Notes: generated by a model not told the origin, from the letters alone. A DNA stretch of 64,000 nucleotides from Oceanispirochaeta sp. (GCA_963666275.2 CAXXOA010000002.1:96001-160000), one strand, 5' to 3'; counted from the stretch's first letter, positions 38,074-48,293 are shown. Numbers and translations are program-made.

Positions 38074-39459
38074 ATGGGTTCATTTTTCATACCCCTACAG
38101 TCTCTTCCTCTCAGATTTCAGCAGGAAAAAGAGTTCTACAAAAGACTGATGACACTGGGTCTTCCCATCGCTCTTCAGAACCTGGTGACAACCTCTTTGA
38201 ACATGCTGGATACTCTCATGATCGGACAGCTGGGTGAAACAGCTATCGGAGCTGTGGCCCTGTCCAACCAGATCTACTTTCTGATGATCCTCCTGACCTT
38301 CGGAATCAGCAGCGGGTCCTCTGTTTTTACGGCTCAGTTCTGGGGAAAGCGGGATCTGAAAGGAGTGCATCATACTGTCGGGCTTTCACTGCTGCTGGGC
38401 TGTACCGGCGCGGGCCTTTTCACACTGGCCGCCCTTTATCTTCCCCACAGGATTCTGGGACTTTTTACAGCCGATCAGGCTGTAATTGCGGCGGCTGTCC
38501 CCTACCTGAGAATTACAGCGATCAGTTATCTTTTTACAGCGGGAACAATCATTTTCCAGGGAGCTCTCCGCTCCATCGGGGTTGTGAAGCTTCCTCTTTA
38601 TATTTCTGCAGGGGCTTTGAGCCTGAATGCTCTGTTGAATTATGCCCTGATTTTCGGGAAGTTGGGATTTCCCCATCTGGGAATCACCGGGGCCGCTCTG
38701 GCAACCACAGGAGCCCGGATACTGGAAACGGTCATACTGGTTTCTCTCATTTATCTGGACCGCTCTCCCGTGGCCGCCACTCTCAAAGAGATGAAAGGCC
38801 TGACCCGGATCTTTCTGAAAAAGTACTTCTGGAGAGTCTCTCCGGTCATTCTCAATGAAATAGGCTGGTCCATGGGAGTCACCATGTTTACCGTGATTTA
38901 CGCCCGCATGGGTACTTCAGTCCTGGCCGCCTACAATATTACCGACACCTTTGCCCGTCTGGCATTTGTCCTTTTCTTCGGGAGCGCCAACGCCTCGGCC
39001 ATTGTGCTGGGCAATATGATAGGCGAAGGCAGACAGCTGGAGGCGGCAGGGCACGGGCGGTTTCTCCTCCTGACGGTGCCGCTTGCCACGACTCTGATAA
39101 CAGCCCTGGTGATGATAGCGTCTCCCTGGATACCTCTGGCTTTCAATGTGGCCCCGGACGTCAGGACCTATATCAGGGAGTTCCTGGTCGTCCTGGCTGT
39201 GTTTCTGCTGTTCAAAACATCCAACATGCACATTATCGTTGGGATACTCAGAAGCGGCGGGGACACCCATTACTGCATGACCATAGAGCTGCTGCCACTC
39301 TGGCTGATAAGTATTCCCCTTGTGGCAGTCAGCGGCCTGATCCTGGGCCTGCACCCCGCTTTAGTCTATACCCTGTCCATGTCCGAGGAAGTGATCAAAT
39401 ACGCGATCAGTTTAAAAAGGATTTTTTCAGGAAGATGGATTCATGATTTGACAGGATAG
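38074..39459 (+). CDS. MATE family efflux transporter
   Basis: LGLPIALQN, DTLMIGQLGE, AQFWG, LNYALIFGKLGFP.LGITGAALAT, GILRSGGDT; start uncertain. Confidence 0.92.
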   Translation: MGSFFIPLQSLPLRFQQEKEFYKRLMTLGLPIALQNLVTTSLNMLDTLMIGQLGETAIGAVALSNQIYFLMILLTFGISSGSSVFTAQFWGKRDLKGVHHTVGLSLLLGCTGAGLFTLAALYLPHRILGLFTADQAVIAAAVPYLRITAISYLFTAGTIIFQGALRSIGVVKLPLYISAGALSLNALLNYALIFGKLGFPHLGITGAALATTGARILETVILVSLIYLDRSPVAATLKEMKGLTRIFLKKYFWRVSPVILNEIGWSMGVTMFTVIYARMGTSVLAAYNITDTFARLAFVLFFGSANASAIVLGNMIGEGRQLEAAGHGRFLLLTVPLATTLITALVMIASPWIPLAFNVAPDVRTYIREFLVVLAVFLLFKTSNMHIIVGILRSGGDTHYCMTIELLPLWLISIPLVAVSGLILGLHPALVYTLSMSEEVIKYAISLKRIFSGRWIHDLTG

Positions 39460-40001
39460 GCCCTGATCCCCTCCAGGGGAGAGTGGGCGTGAACCCTGTC
39501 TTTCACAAGGAGCACAGTGAACGGGACTTTCAGCTGGTTATGGAAAATCACATCATGCCCCAGACAGAGGCCCATTTCGATCACAAAGTCTGCCTGCCTG
39601 TTCAGGAACTCTGCCTGCCCGGCGGGATTACAGGAATAGACCTCGCTGGTTTTCTCCTGATCGATCTCCCTTTCTTTCACCCCCCCCATGGAACAGCGGG
39701 CGGGAATAAGATGGAGACCCTGGTCCTCCATCTTTTCCCTCACCTCCTGAGCCAGGCCCTCCATTCCGAAGCAGTAGGCCAAACCTATATTCTCATACTC
39801 CTGGGAAAGGCAGAACTCAATCACTTCCTGAAACCGGGAGAGTGTTCCCGCCCTGCCGTTATCAATAAGGCGGGAGCTGTTCTTTACAAGAGAGTTCACA
39901 CTTTCCCGGCTATAGACTTCCAGGCTGGCTTCTTTTACCTGAAAACAATCAGCTCCTGCGGTACGGCAGGCTTTGGATGAGCAGTCAAGACAATTCTTCA
40001 T
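39441..40001 (-). CDS. DUF1847-like Cys-rich metal-binding protein
   Basis: CLDC..C, IGLAYCFG, CSMGG, CNPAGQAEFLN, GLCLGHD, VKDRVHAHSP. Confidence 0.8.
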   Translation of the reverse strand: MKNCLDCSSKACRTAGADCFQVKEASLEVYSRESVNSLVKNSSRLIDNGRAGTLSRFQEVIEFCLSQEYENIGLAYCFGMEGLAQEVREKMEDQGLHLIPARCSMGGVKEREIDQEKTSEVYSCNPAGQAEFLNRQADFVIEMGLCLGHDVIFHNQLKVPFTVLLVKDRVHAHSPLEGIRAYPVKS

Positions 40002-40023
40002 ATATTCATATTATGGTATATAT

Positions 40024-42159
40024 TTATTTAAAGAGCAAGATCCTCATGGCGTTCAGCACAGCCAGAAGGGCCACACCCACATCGGCAAAGACAGCCAGTC
40101 CCATACCGGCAATGCCCAGAGCAGCCAGCCCCAGTACGGCCGCTTTGATTCCCAGAGCCATAATAATATTCTGAAGAACGATCTTCCGAGTCCGGGACGC
40201 AATCCGTCTTGCCGTAACAATCCGGGAGGGTTCGTCTGCCATAAGAACAATATCCGCCGCCTCAATGGCTGCATCAGATCCCAGACCACCCATGGCGATC
40301 CCCACATCCGCTCGGGCCAGTACAGGAGCATCGTTGATCCCGTCTCCCACAAAGGCGGTCCGCCTGTCCTGAAGAACCAGTTCCTCCAGGGCGGCGACTT
40401 TATCTTCCGGAAGAAGGTTTGCCCTGTAGCTTGTAATTCCCAGCTCGGCCGCTATGGCGGCAGCGGCTTTCTCACTGTCCCCGGTCAGCATAATGATCTC
40501 CCGGATCCCCACTTTTTTAAGGTTCCTCACCGCTTCCGCAGCATCCGGCCGGAGCGTGTCTGCCAGAGACAGGGATCCCAGATACTCCGTCCCCCCTGCC
40601 AGAGCGACAACGGTTCCGATGAGACTCTCCTTTTCGGAGAGATCAGTGCCTGTGATTTCACTGATCCAGGATGGTTTTCCCAGGGAGATCGTCTTCTCCT
40701 CCAGGGTGACCTGAATACCTCTTCCGGGAAACTCCACCACCGTATCCGACTCCGGAAGGGTCACCAGGGGAGATGTTTTTATCCAGGCCTTTCTTATGGA
40801 CTCGGCAATGGGATGAGTGGAATGGGTCTCTGCTTCAGAGGCAAGGTGCAGGAGTTCCTCTTCTGTTGTTCCCGGAGCCGGATCAATGGATACAACCTCA
40901 AAGACGCCTTTTGTGAGGGTTCCCGTTTTATCCATAACCACAGTATCAATCTTGTTCAGCGCTTCCAGATAGTTCCCGCCCTTAACAAGGATCCCATGCC
41001 TGGAGGCTGTTCCGATCCCGGCAAAAAATCCGAGAGGAATGGATACAACGAGAGCACAGGGACAGGAAACTACGAGAAAAACAAGCGCCCTGTAGATCCA
41101 GTCGGAAAACAGAGCCCCCTCCAGCAGCAGAGGAGGAACCAGCGCCATAAGGAGAGCCGAAACAACCACAACAGGTGTATAGATACGGGCAAAGCTTGTA
41201 ATGAACTGCTCAGACCGGGCCTTCCTGCCGCTGGACTCTTCCACCATCCGGATAATCCGGGAGTAGGCTGACTCTTCCAGGGTATGGGAAACTTCGATTT
41301 CAAGAGGACTCTCCCGGCAGACGAACCCGCTGAGAACAGTGGCCCCCCCGGAAACTTCCCGGGGATAGGACTCTCCTGTCAGCGCGGAGGTATCGACGGT
41401 TCCTTTTCCTTTGAGAACCACACCGTCCAGAGGGATTCTTCCTCCGGGACGGACAAGGATTTCCATTCCCGGCAGGACATCTTCGGGAGGAACTTCGCTG
41501 TAGGCTCCCTCTTTTTTGACAAGGACCATTCCCGGTTTGGAATCCAGAAGATTCCTGATGGAACGGCGGGACCTGTCTACGGCAAGATCCTGAAAGTACT
41601 CTCCCACCTGATAGAAGAGCATGACCGCCACAGCTTCGGGAAACTCCTGTATGGCAAAGGCTCCGATGGTGGCTACCACCATAAGGAAGTTCTCATCCAT
41701 CAGCCGTCCCTGAAGTATATTTTTCAGTGCGGAGATGAGAACAGTCCTGCCGATGAGGAGATAGGCCAGGGCAAAAAGAGAGATACTGATTCCTCTGGAG
41801 AGAGTGATACTTCCTTCTGTGAGAATCAGGAAAAAGAAGATCAGGGCCCCTGCGATTTCAGGCAGCCGTTTCAGGAGAGAGGAGAAGCCGCCCTGCCGGG
41901 GCTGAAGCTCTTTTTCTCTGGCTTCTTCCCGTCCCATAACGGTAACGCCCTCTTCAACCCGGTCGACAAGGATCTGCAGTTCCTCCATCACTCCCGGTTT
42001 CAGGTCTGCTCCTCCCGTATCCAGAGTCAGAACCTGGGTTGCCAGGTTATACCGGGCCTCTTCCACCCAGGGGAGTTTATTGATTTTATCTTCAATCACA
42101 GCCGCGCAGTTTGAGCAGGTCAGGCCGCTGAGTATAATTTCATTCCTTTTCTTTTCCAT
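40024..42159 (-). CDS. cadA: Heavy-metal (Zn/Cd/Pb) P1B-type ATPase
   Basis: N-terminal GLTCSNC (HMA), TGES, SCPCALV, DKTGTLT, HP, GDGINDAP, FADVG. Confidence 0.93.
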   Translation of the reverse strand: MEKKRNEIILSGLTCSNCAAVIEDKINKLPWVEEARYNLATQVLTLDTGGADLKPGVMEELQILVDRVEEGVTVMGREEAREKELQPRQGGFSSLLKRLPEIAGALIFFFLILTEGSITLSRGISISLFALAYLLIGRTVLISALKNILQGRLMDENFLMVVATIGAFAIQEFPEAVAVMLFYQVGEYFQDLAVDRSRRSIRNLLDSKPGMVLVKKEGAYSEVPPEDVLPGMEILVRPGGRIPLDGVVLKGKGTVDTSALTGESYPREVSGGATVLSGFVCRESPLEIEVSHTLEESAYSRIIRMVEESSGRKARSEQFITSFARIYTPVVVVSALLMALVPPLLLEGALFSDWIYRALVFLVVSCPCALVVSIPLGFFAGIGTASRHGILVKGGNYLEALNKIDTVVMDKTGTLTKGVFEVVSIDPAPGTTEEELLHLASEAETHSTHPIAESIRKAWIKTSPLVTLPESDTVVEFPGRGIQVTLEEKTISLGKPSWISEITGTDLSEKESLIGTVVALAGGTEYLGSLSLADTLRPDAAEAVRNLKKVGIREIIMLTGDSEKAAAAIAAELGITSYRANLLPEDKVAALEELVLQDRRTAFVGDGINDAPVLARADVGIAMGGLGSDAAIEAADIVLMADEPSRIVTARRIASRTRKIVLQNIIMALGIKAAVLGLAALGIAGMGLAVFADVGVALLAVLNAMRILLFK

Positions 42160-42197
42160 GGGAAAACCTCCGGGATGTTCTCAGGATCATTCAAATA

Positions 42198-42223
42198 AAC
42201 ATATGAACATCTACTTATATGTT
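42198..42223. promoter_or_regulatory. ArsR/SmtB-type 12-2-12 operator upstream of cadA
   Basis: AACATATGAACA-TC-TACTTATATGTT, 9/12 symmetric, resembles the SmtB box; lies between the ArsR gene and cadA. Confidence 0.7.
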
Positions 42224-42284
42224 AATTTCAAATGACAGGAATATCAACCATCCCGGGGGAAAAAAGTGAAGATTCTTAAGGGTT

Positions 42285-42641
42285 TCAGCCGAAAAGGATA
42301 TGCTGCTGACAGATCCGGAAAATTTCAATCACATGTTCGTCCGTGAGAGAGTAATAGATATGCTTTCCCTCCCGCCTGGAAACCACCACGTGGGCCTGTT
42401 TCAGCTGCCTCAGCTGATGGGAGACAGCAGGCTGGGTCATTTCCATCAGCTCGGCGATCTCATGAACACAGAGTTCCTCTTCGATCAGGGCATTAACGAT
42501 CCTGAGCCGGGAGGGATCTCCGAAGATCTTGAAGGTCTGAACCATCAGCTCCAGGTTTTCCAGAGGGAGAAGCTTATGTTTTGCTTTTTCTATCCTTGCG
42601 GGATCATGTTTCAGATGGGGTGATTCAATCTCTTCATTCAT
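42285..42641 (-). CDS. ArsR/SmtB metal-sensing repressor
   Basis: FKIFGDPSRLRI, ELCVHEIA, VSHQLRQLK, RREGK.IYYSL.DEH. Confidence 0.93.
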   Translation of the reverse strand: MNEEIESPHLKHDPARIEKAKHKLLPLENLELMVQTFKIFGDPSRLRIVNALIEEELCVHEIAELMEMTQPAVSHQLRQLKQAHVVVSRREGKHIYYSLTDEHVIEIFRICQQHILFG

Positions 42642-42717
42642 AATAGACTATATTAGCACAGGATGATGCATACGAACAGGGACAGCTCCGCCCCTTTGGG
42701 TCTCAGAAAAAATGGGA

Positions 42718-42746
42718 TTGCCAACAGAACGAGTCGGGGATAGAAT
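42718..42746 (+). promoter_or_regulatory. Sigma70 promoter of tRNA-Ser
   Basis: TTGCCA-N17-TAGAAT, 9 nt before the tRNA. Confidence 0.75.
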
Positions 42747-42755
42747 ACAGATCAG

Positions 42756-42844
42756 GGAGAGGTGCCGGAGCTGGTCGAACGGGCCTGACTCGAAATCAGG
42801 TGTACTGCTCTGCAGTACCGAGGGTTCGAATCCCTCCTTCTCCG
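42756..42844 (+). tRNA. tRNA-Ser (anticodon CGA), CCA not encoded
   Basis: Acceptor GGAGAGG/CTTCTCC, anticodon arm CCTGA-CTCGAAA-TCAGG, long variable arm GTACTGC/GCAGTAC, T-arm GAGGG-TTCGAAT-CCCTC, G discriminator. Confidence 0.96.
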
Positions 42845-42859
42845 TATTTTCTACTTATT

Positions 42860-44059
42860 TCAATCCAGAATGAGAATCTCCACCCGCCGGTTGTCTCTGT
42901 CACCGCCGGCGGGCTCGGTACTCCCGGCTCCCCTGAGAAACAGACGTCCCGCGCCCTCCCTTCCTTCGGGAAACAGGGCCCCGGCCACAGCCCCGGCTCT
43001 CTGGAGAGACAACTCCCGGCGTCCCCGGGGAGATCCATAATCGGCGGTATGTCCGCTTATAAGAATATCCCTGTCCCCGTACCGGGACAGAACATCTCCC
43101 AGAGATTTGAGGGCCCGGTTCTGCTCTTCTGAAATATCCGCCGAGTCGGGACTGAAATAGATCCTGCCCGCCTCTTCCAGGGTCAGCATCACGCCTCTGT
43201 CCGAGGATTCCACCTCCACTCCGGGTAGATCCTTCAGATCCTCTTTCAGCCTTCCGGTTTCGGCATTCCTGTCCAGCTGCTCCGTCTCTCTATAGCGGGT
43301 GATGCCGGAACCGTAAAACTCCTGGGTCACCCCGTCGGTCATGACCATAAGGAATTCAAAGTCCTCTTTTTTCTCTACGGGACGGCCTCTGTCTATATCC
43401 CAGTATAACTCCTGCTCCGACCTCCCCGATATCAGCCTGACAGGCTCCCCTGCGGTTCTGACAGGAAGGTAAAGGTCATAGGATATAAGAATCACCGCCA
43501 GGTCCCTTCCTTCCGGAGAGGTCTCCCTCCGGTCCAGGGTATAGCCGACCTGAACATCCCCCCTGTAGGGACCGTACCAGGATCCCCGGATTCGGAACAT
43601 ATGAAGTTCCCGGGCTTTCAGACTCCAGGAGTCTCCGGGCAGAACGGCATATCCGGGAAATCGTGGAATACTCCTCTGAACAGGCAGAGTCGCTTCTTCG
43701 GGAACATGAAGCTCCCCCAGGGTGTCCCGGCTCATAAGGACTGTTTCCGTTTCGGTCCACTCCAGGACACCCGGCAGGCCGCTGACCCGCTCAACGCTCC
43801 GGAAATCTCCCTCCAGCACAGCATCGCCCCCATCTGTGACATCCAGAACAGTCACAACCGAATACTCGTCGATCTGGGCCTGATGACTCAGGAAGCCATT
43901 GACGTACACACTCTCATCCACAAGGGATTCGGCATGAAGCACCTGGCCTTTTCTATGGTGGAACTGCAGCTCAACCGGTTCGGACGGGAGAATCTGCAGG
44001 GATATAAAAAGGAGGAAAAAAGCGGAGGCGAACCGCATGACTGCCGGGGAGACTCTCAT
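42860..44059 (-). CDS. OmpA-family (peptidoglycan-binding C-terminal domain) exported protein
   Basis: Signal-like N-terminus (start 44059 or 44038); C-terminal YFSPDSA, ISGHTAD, LSLQRA, NRRVEI. Confidence 0.85.
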   Translation of the reverse strand: MRVSPAVMRFASAFFLLFISLQILPSEPVELQFHHRKGQVLHAESLVDESVYVNGFLSHQAQIDEYSVVTVLDVTDGGDAVLEGDFRSVERVSGLPGVLEWTETETVLMSRDTLGELHVPEEATLPVQRSIPRFPGYAVLPGDSWSLKARELHMFRIRGSWYGPYRGDVQVGYTLDRRETSPEGRDLAVILISYDLYLPVRTAGEPVRLISGRSEQELYWDIDRGRPVEKKEDFEFLMVMTDGVTQEFYGSGITRYRETEQLDRNAETGRLKEDLKDLPGVEVESSDRGVMLTLEEAGRIYFSPDSADISEEQNRALKSLGDVLSRYGDRDILISGHTADYGSPRGRRELSLQRAGAVAGALFPEGREGAGRLFLRGAGSTEPAGGDRDNRRVEILILD

Positions 44060-44231
44060 AAAGGCATTATCGGCAGTTTTTGTTTTCCCGGAGAGATTGC
44101 CTGAGAAAAACCTGTATAAAGGGGGTATGGGAGTATAAAATTTAAATTTACTTTTACTCACACGTGTGCTACTATATTAGATCAATCGTGTTTTATTGAC
44201 GCAACGAAGAAGATCAGGAGGATCTAGGCAC

Positions 44232-45890
44232 ATGAGTATTTGGAATCTGTTTTCACTGGTTGGAGGACTGGCTATCTTCCTTTTCGGAATGATGGAAATG
44301 AATAAACACCTCACGTCCATCGCCGGAACCCGAATGAAAACAATTATGATGACATTGACCAAAGGCCCCTTCAGAGGTTACATGACCGGTCTGGGAATAA
44401 CCATCATCAACCAGTCCTCCTCGGCTACCACGGTTCTGGAAGCGGCGCTGGTCGGTGCAGGGCTTATGACATTCAGCCAGAGTCTGGCGGTAACTCTGGG
44501 AGCGGAACTTGGTTCCACCTTCCTTCCCCAGCTGATAGCCTTCCCGTCGATTACCAAACTTTCAACCCTTATTGTCTTTATCGGATTCCTTGTCCTGATT
44601 ACGGTCAAAACAAAAAGGGCCCGACATATCGCCCTGACCATCTTTACCTTCGGTCTTCTCTTCCTGGGTATGGATATGATGTCGGGAGCTTTGAAGCCTC
44701 TGCGCTCCTATGAACCCTTTATCCTTCTGATGAGCAACATCGAAACCCCCATTCTGGGGATTCTTCTGGGGCTCCTGTTCACCATGATCATTCAGTCCTC
44801 GGGTGCGACAACGAGTATTACTATCGCCATGGCCCTGGCGGGGACCATATCCCTGGAACAGGCTATCCCTATCAACCTGGGAGCCGCAGTGGGAACCTGT
44901 ATCACAGCGGTTCTGGGCAGTGTGACACTGAACTGGGAAGCCAAGCGATCCGCCTATATTCATATCCTTTTCCAGCTGATCGGAGCGCTGTGGGTGTTTA
45001 TACTGCTTTCCATCCACTTCCAGGGAGAACGCCTTTACATCTGGTGGATCAAATGGTTCACCCTCCATGCCCTGGGAACCGACAGCCTGGCCCGTCAGAT
45101 AGCCATGGGCTTCACATTCATGCCTGTGATCAACCACATAATCATCTTTCCCAACCTGAAGCTGGTCCTCAGGCTTTTCAACAGGATTTTCCCCGAAAGG
45201 GAGGCGGAAAAGCCCTTCGGTCCGGTCTATATAAAGGACTCCCTTATCACAAAGAGTACCGAGCTCTCACTTATGATGGCCAAAAAGGAGATTACCAGGG
45301 TCAGTGATTTCATCAAGATAATGATCAATGAGATGAAATCCGCCTTCAGAAGCAGCGACCCGGCGGTTTTTGAAAGAGTCAGTCTGCTGGACTCCAAGGT
45401 GGATACCCTTCATAAAGCGATCATCCCCTTCCTTGCCAGACTCTCCCAGGAGGAACTCACAGCCAGAGAATCGGATCTCTGTATGAATTACATGTACATT
45501 CAGAATGAGCTGGAGTCCATTGGAGATGTGATAGACAAAAATATAATGAGCCTTGCCACCAAGAAGATAGAACAGAACCTGATCTTTTCAGAAGAGGGAT
45601 TTCATGAACTGGAGCATCTGATCTACAAGGTAAACCGGAACTTTGAATACCTCGGCGAAGCTCTGAAAAACAACGATCCCGATCCGGCCAGGCTCGTGCT
45701 GGACTCCTACAAGAAAAAAGAGGAAGAGAAGTATAAAAAGCTTCATATTGAGCGTCTGTACAGAGGGCAGGCAGAGTCCATTGCCACATCGGCGGTCCAC
45801 CTGGACCTGATCTCCTATTTCAGCAAAATAAACGGCCATATCGCCTATATTGCCAAGAGACTGCCCCTGGTTTCTCTGACTACGCTCTGA
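44232..45890 (+). CDS. Na+/phosphate symporter with PhoU-like C-terminus
   Basis: GGLAIFLFGM, QSSSATT, GAELG, QSSGATT, GAAVGTC, LESIGD, HIERL..SIATSAVHLD. Confidence 0.9.
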   Translation: MSIWNLFSLVGGLAIFLFGMMEMNKHLTSIAGTRMKTIMMTLTKGPFRGYMTGLGITIINQSSSATTVLEAALVGAGLMTFSQSLAVTLGAELGSTFLPQLIAFPSITKLSTLIVFIGFLVLITVKTKRARHIALTIFTFGLLFLGMDMMSGALKPLRSYEPFILLMSNIETPILGILLGLLFTMIIQSSGATTSITIAMALAGTISLEQAIPINLGAAVGTCITAVLGSVTLNWEAKRSAYIHILFQLIGALWVFILLSIHFQGERLYIWWIKWFTLHALGTDSLARQIAMGFTFMPVINHIIIFPNLKLVLRLFNRIFPEREAEKPFGPVYIKDSLITKSTELSLMMAKKEITRVSDFIKIMINEMKSAFRSSDPAVFERVSLLDSKVDTLHKAIIPFLARLSQEELTARESDLCMNYMYIQNELESIGDVIDKNIMSLATKKIEQNLIFSEEGFHELEHLIYKVNRNFEYLGEALKNNDPDPARLVLDSYKKKEEEKYKKLHIERLYRGQAESIATSAVHLDLISYFSKINGHIAYIAKRLPLVSLTTL

Positions 45891-46866
45891 GGCCGGCTTC
45901 TGCCGGGGAGGAGGATGGATTCATCCTGTAGATTCTGTAGTTCCAGTTGATGATTTCAGCCCGGAACCGGGATTCGTCCTCCCGGAGCATCCTGTCCAGA
46001 TTCTTCTCCAGCCCCTTATGGTTATGGGGCACTACGAGATAATCAAAATCAGACAGGCTGCCGAAGGGGGCGGCGTCTCCCGGCAGGGAGCTCAGGACCT
46101 CGTGGCCTGTGAGAACCAGAATTTTCCTTCCCTTTGCCTCCTTCAGAAGAGCTTCTTTCTGAAGAGCTTCTTCGGGATGCTCCACATAGAGTGTCCCGTC
46201 CACCAGAAACGACGTCCCCTGAATAATATAGTCAAACTCCTGAGACAGCACAGACTCTCCGATAGGCCCGATAAAGGTGTTCGTAACAGGATCGAGCACC
46301 CCTCCGGAAGAGGAAATCCTTATGTTTGCCAGTTGGCTGCCGTAGGAGAGGATGCTGTTGAGAACACTGATATTATTGGTGTGAATGTCGCAGGAAATAT
46401 GATCCTCCGCCGCTTTGGCGGCAATTATATTGGAAAGATGATACAGGGTGCTCCCCGCCCCCAGAAACAGCTTCACAGCCTGATCCGGCCTGCCTGATTT
46501 TCTGCTGTGGGCAATCAGATCGTAAATTCCGTTACTGACTTTGATCTTCTGGGAGATATACAGATGCCTTTTCTGGGTAAAAGAGTTGTTCTCCCCATTC
46601 ACTCTCAGAAAAGAGCCGCCTTCCCTATCTTTTTCCAGAGTGAAAAGACGGGTTTTTATCTCATCCTCATAATTTCTGATCTGTTTATAGATCCATTTGT
46701 TATCCGAATAGGAGACATCATAGGTCTCTTTCAGGTAGGAGGCGATATCGTCCATACTCATCCGGACATCCATAATGGATTCGGACTGATTGTCGTCATA
46801 TTTATGGGAAAAGAGGTAGAACAGTGACTCCACAAGGGTATCTCTTTTCAATCTGTGTTTTGACAT
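45880..46866 (-). CDS. Atypical DeoR/GlpR-like transcriptional regulator
   Basis: C-terminal sensor motifs QKIKV, FLGAGST, HTNN, GG..D..T.TFIG, DYIIQGTS; N-terminal HTH not canonical. Confidence 0.6.
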   Translation of the reverse strand: MSKHRLKRDTLVESLFYLFSHKYDDNQSESIMDVRMSMDDIASYLKETYDVSYSDNKWIYKQIRNYEDEIKTRLFTLEKDREGGSFLRVNGENNSFTQKRHLYISQKIKVSNGIYDLIAHSRKSGRPDQAVKLFLGAGSTLYHLSNIIAAKAAEDHISCDIHTNNISVLNSILSYGSQLANIRISSSGGVLDPVTNTFIGPIGESVLSQEFDYIIQGTSFLVDGTLYVEHPEEALQKEALLKEAKGRKILVLTGHEVLSSLPGDAAPFGSLSDFDYLVVPHNHKGLEKNLDRMLREDESRFRAEIINWNYRIYRMNPSSSPAEAGLRA

Positions 46867-47001
46867 GGTTCCCTCTACAGCCTGAAATGGGGATTTAACT
46901 AATAACAGGAACATAATAAGTGAATTTCGGTTATTAAGTCAAAAGTAAAAATTCATTGCGGTTTGGAGAAGATAGCCTATCCTGAATGGAGGAGGAAAAT
47001 T

Positions 47002-48273
47002 ATGAAAAAGATTTTCATTATCGTACTATCAATCCTTTCTATTCTTCCTGTCTTCTCAGGAGGACAGCAGGAGGACTCAGGATCAAAAAAGGTGACTCTT
47101 ACCATAGCAGGAAGAGACGGAGCCTACGGAGACTCCATGCAGCTGGCAGTGGATGCCTACAGGGAACTGCATCCCAATGTGGATTTCGAGGTTCTCAAAC
47201 TTTCCGGAAGCAGTCTGTTTGAAAAATCCGTTATCGACATGAAAAGCGGACTGGGAACATATGACATTATCCTTGTGGATGACCCCAACCTGACACAGTT
47301 CCAGCAGCAGTCCTGGCTGGCCGATCTGGATGCCCTTTATGATAATGCCGGAGCGAGCCCTGATAAGGACTTCATAGGTTCCGCCCTGAAACTGGGACGC
47401 TATCCCTACCGGGAAGATGCTCCTCTCTACGCCCTCCCCTTTGCGGGAAATGTTGAACTCTTTGCCTATAGAACCGACCTGTTCGAAAAATACGGCCTTC
47501 AGGAACCTGAAAAATGGGACGATGTTATGACAGCCGTTAAAACCATCGGTGAAAATGAAGCGGATGTTTCGGGCGTGGTATTCCGCGGAACCAAGGGAAA
47601 CCCCATCGTCACAGGATTCCTTCCTATTTTCTGGTCCTACGGAGCCAGGATCCTGGATGACAACGGTAACGTCACTGTCAACTCTCCTGCCGCTCTGGAT
47701 GCTCTGAACTTCTTTCTTGAAATGGCAGCCTACGCTCCGGAAGGTGTGTCCATGTACCAGTCAGCCCAGGTAAAGGATGCCATCTACTCAGGAACTGCCG
47801 CAGTGGCAACCGAAGTATGGCCCGGATGGATCGGAAAACTGGAAGACCCCTCGGAATCCTCTGTTGTAGGAAAAGTAAGAGTAACCAAACACCCCGGACA
47901 GGTGGAGAAATCCTCACCCATGATCGGCGTATGGATGATTGCCATTCCTGAAGCTTCCAAAAATCATGAAGCGGCATTTGACTTTATCCAGTTTGCCACC
48001 AGCCGTGATATTCAGACACAGATGGCCGATGTCTACGGAAATCCCCCCACAAGAGAATCCGTATACGGCGTCTCCGAACTAAGCGTAAAATACCCCTGGT
48101 ATCCGGCTCAGCTGGATGCTCTGAACAACGGAGTTGCCAGAACCAGAACTACCAAATGGAAAGAGATCGAAGATCAGATGGGAACAGCACTCCAGTTTGC
48201 TCTTATCGGAGAATGGTCTGCATCCAAAGCTCTGGAAGAGATGGAAAAAGGTATCAGTGAAGTTCTGAAATAA
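47002..48273 (+). CDS. CUT1 ABC transporter substrate-binding protein
   Basis: Signal peptide ending FSGGQQE; YDII, LYALPF, YRTDLF, AAFDFIQF; GGAGGA RBS. Confidence 0.9.
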   Translation: MKKIFIIVLSILSILPVFSGGQQEDSGSKKVTLTIAGRDGAYGDSMQLAVDAYRELHPNVDFEVLKLSGSSLFEKSVIDMKSGLGTYDIILVDDPNLTQFQQQSWLADLDALYDNAGASPDKDFIGSALKLGRYPYREDAPLYALPFAGNVELFAYRTDLFEKYGLQEPEKWDDVMTAVKTIGENEADVSGVVFRGTKGNPIVTGFLPIFWSYGARILDDNGNVTVNSPAALDALNFFLEMAAYAPEGVSMYQSAQVKDAIYSGTAAVATEVWPGWIGKLEDPSESSVVGKVRVTKHPGQVEKSSPMIGVWMIAIPEASKNHEAAFDFIQFATSRDIQTQMADVYGNPPTRESVYGVSELSVKYPWYPAQLDALNNGVARTRTTKWKEIEDQMGTALQFALIGEWSASKALEEMEKGISEVLK

Positions 48274-48293
48274 AAAAAAGATTTAATCCATTA

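Noticed and set aside
42756..42860. tRNA-Ser as an island integration site
   Set aside because: No integrase nearby and no duplicated tRNA 3' end noticed; the next gene ends 15 nt away.
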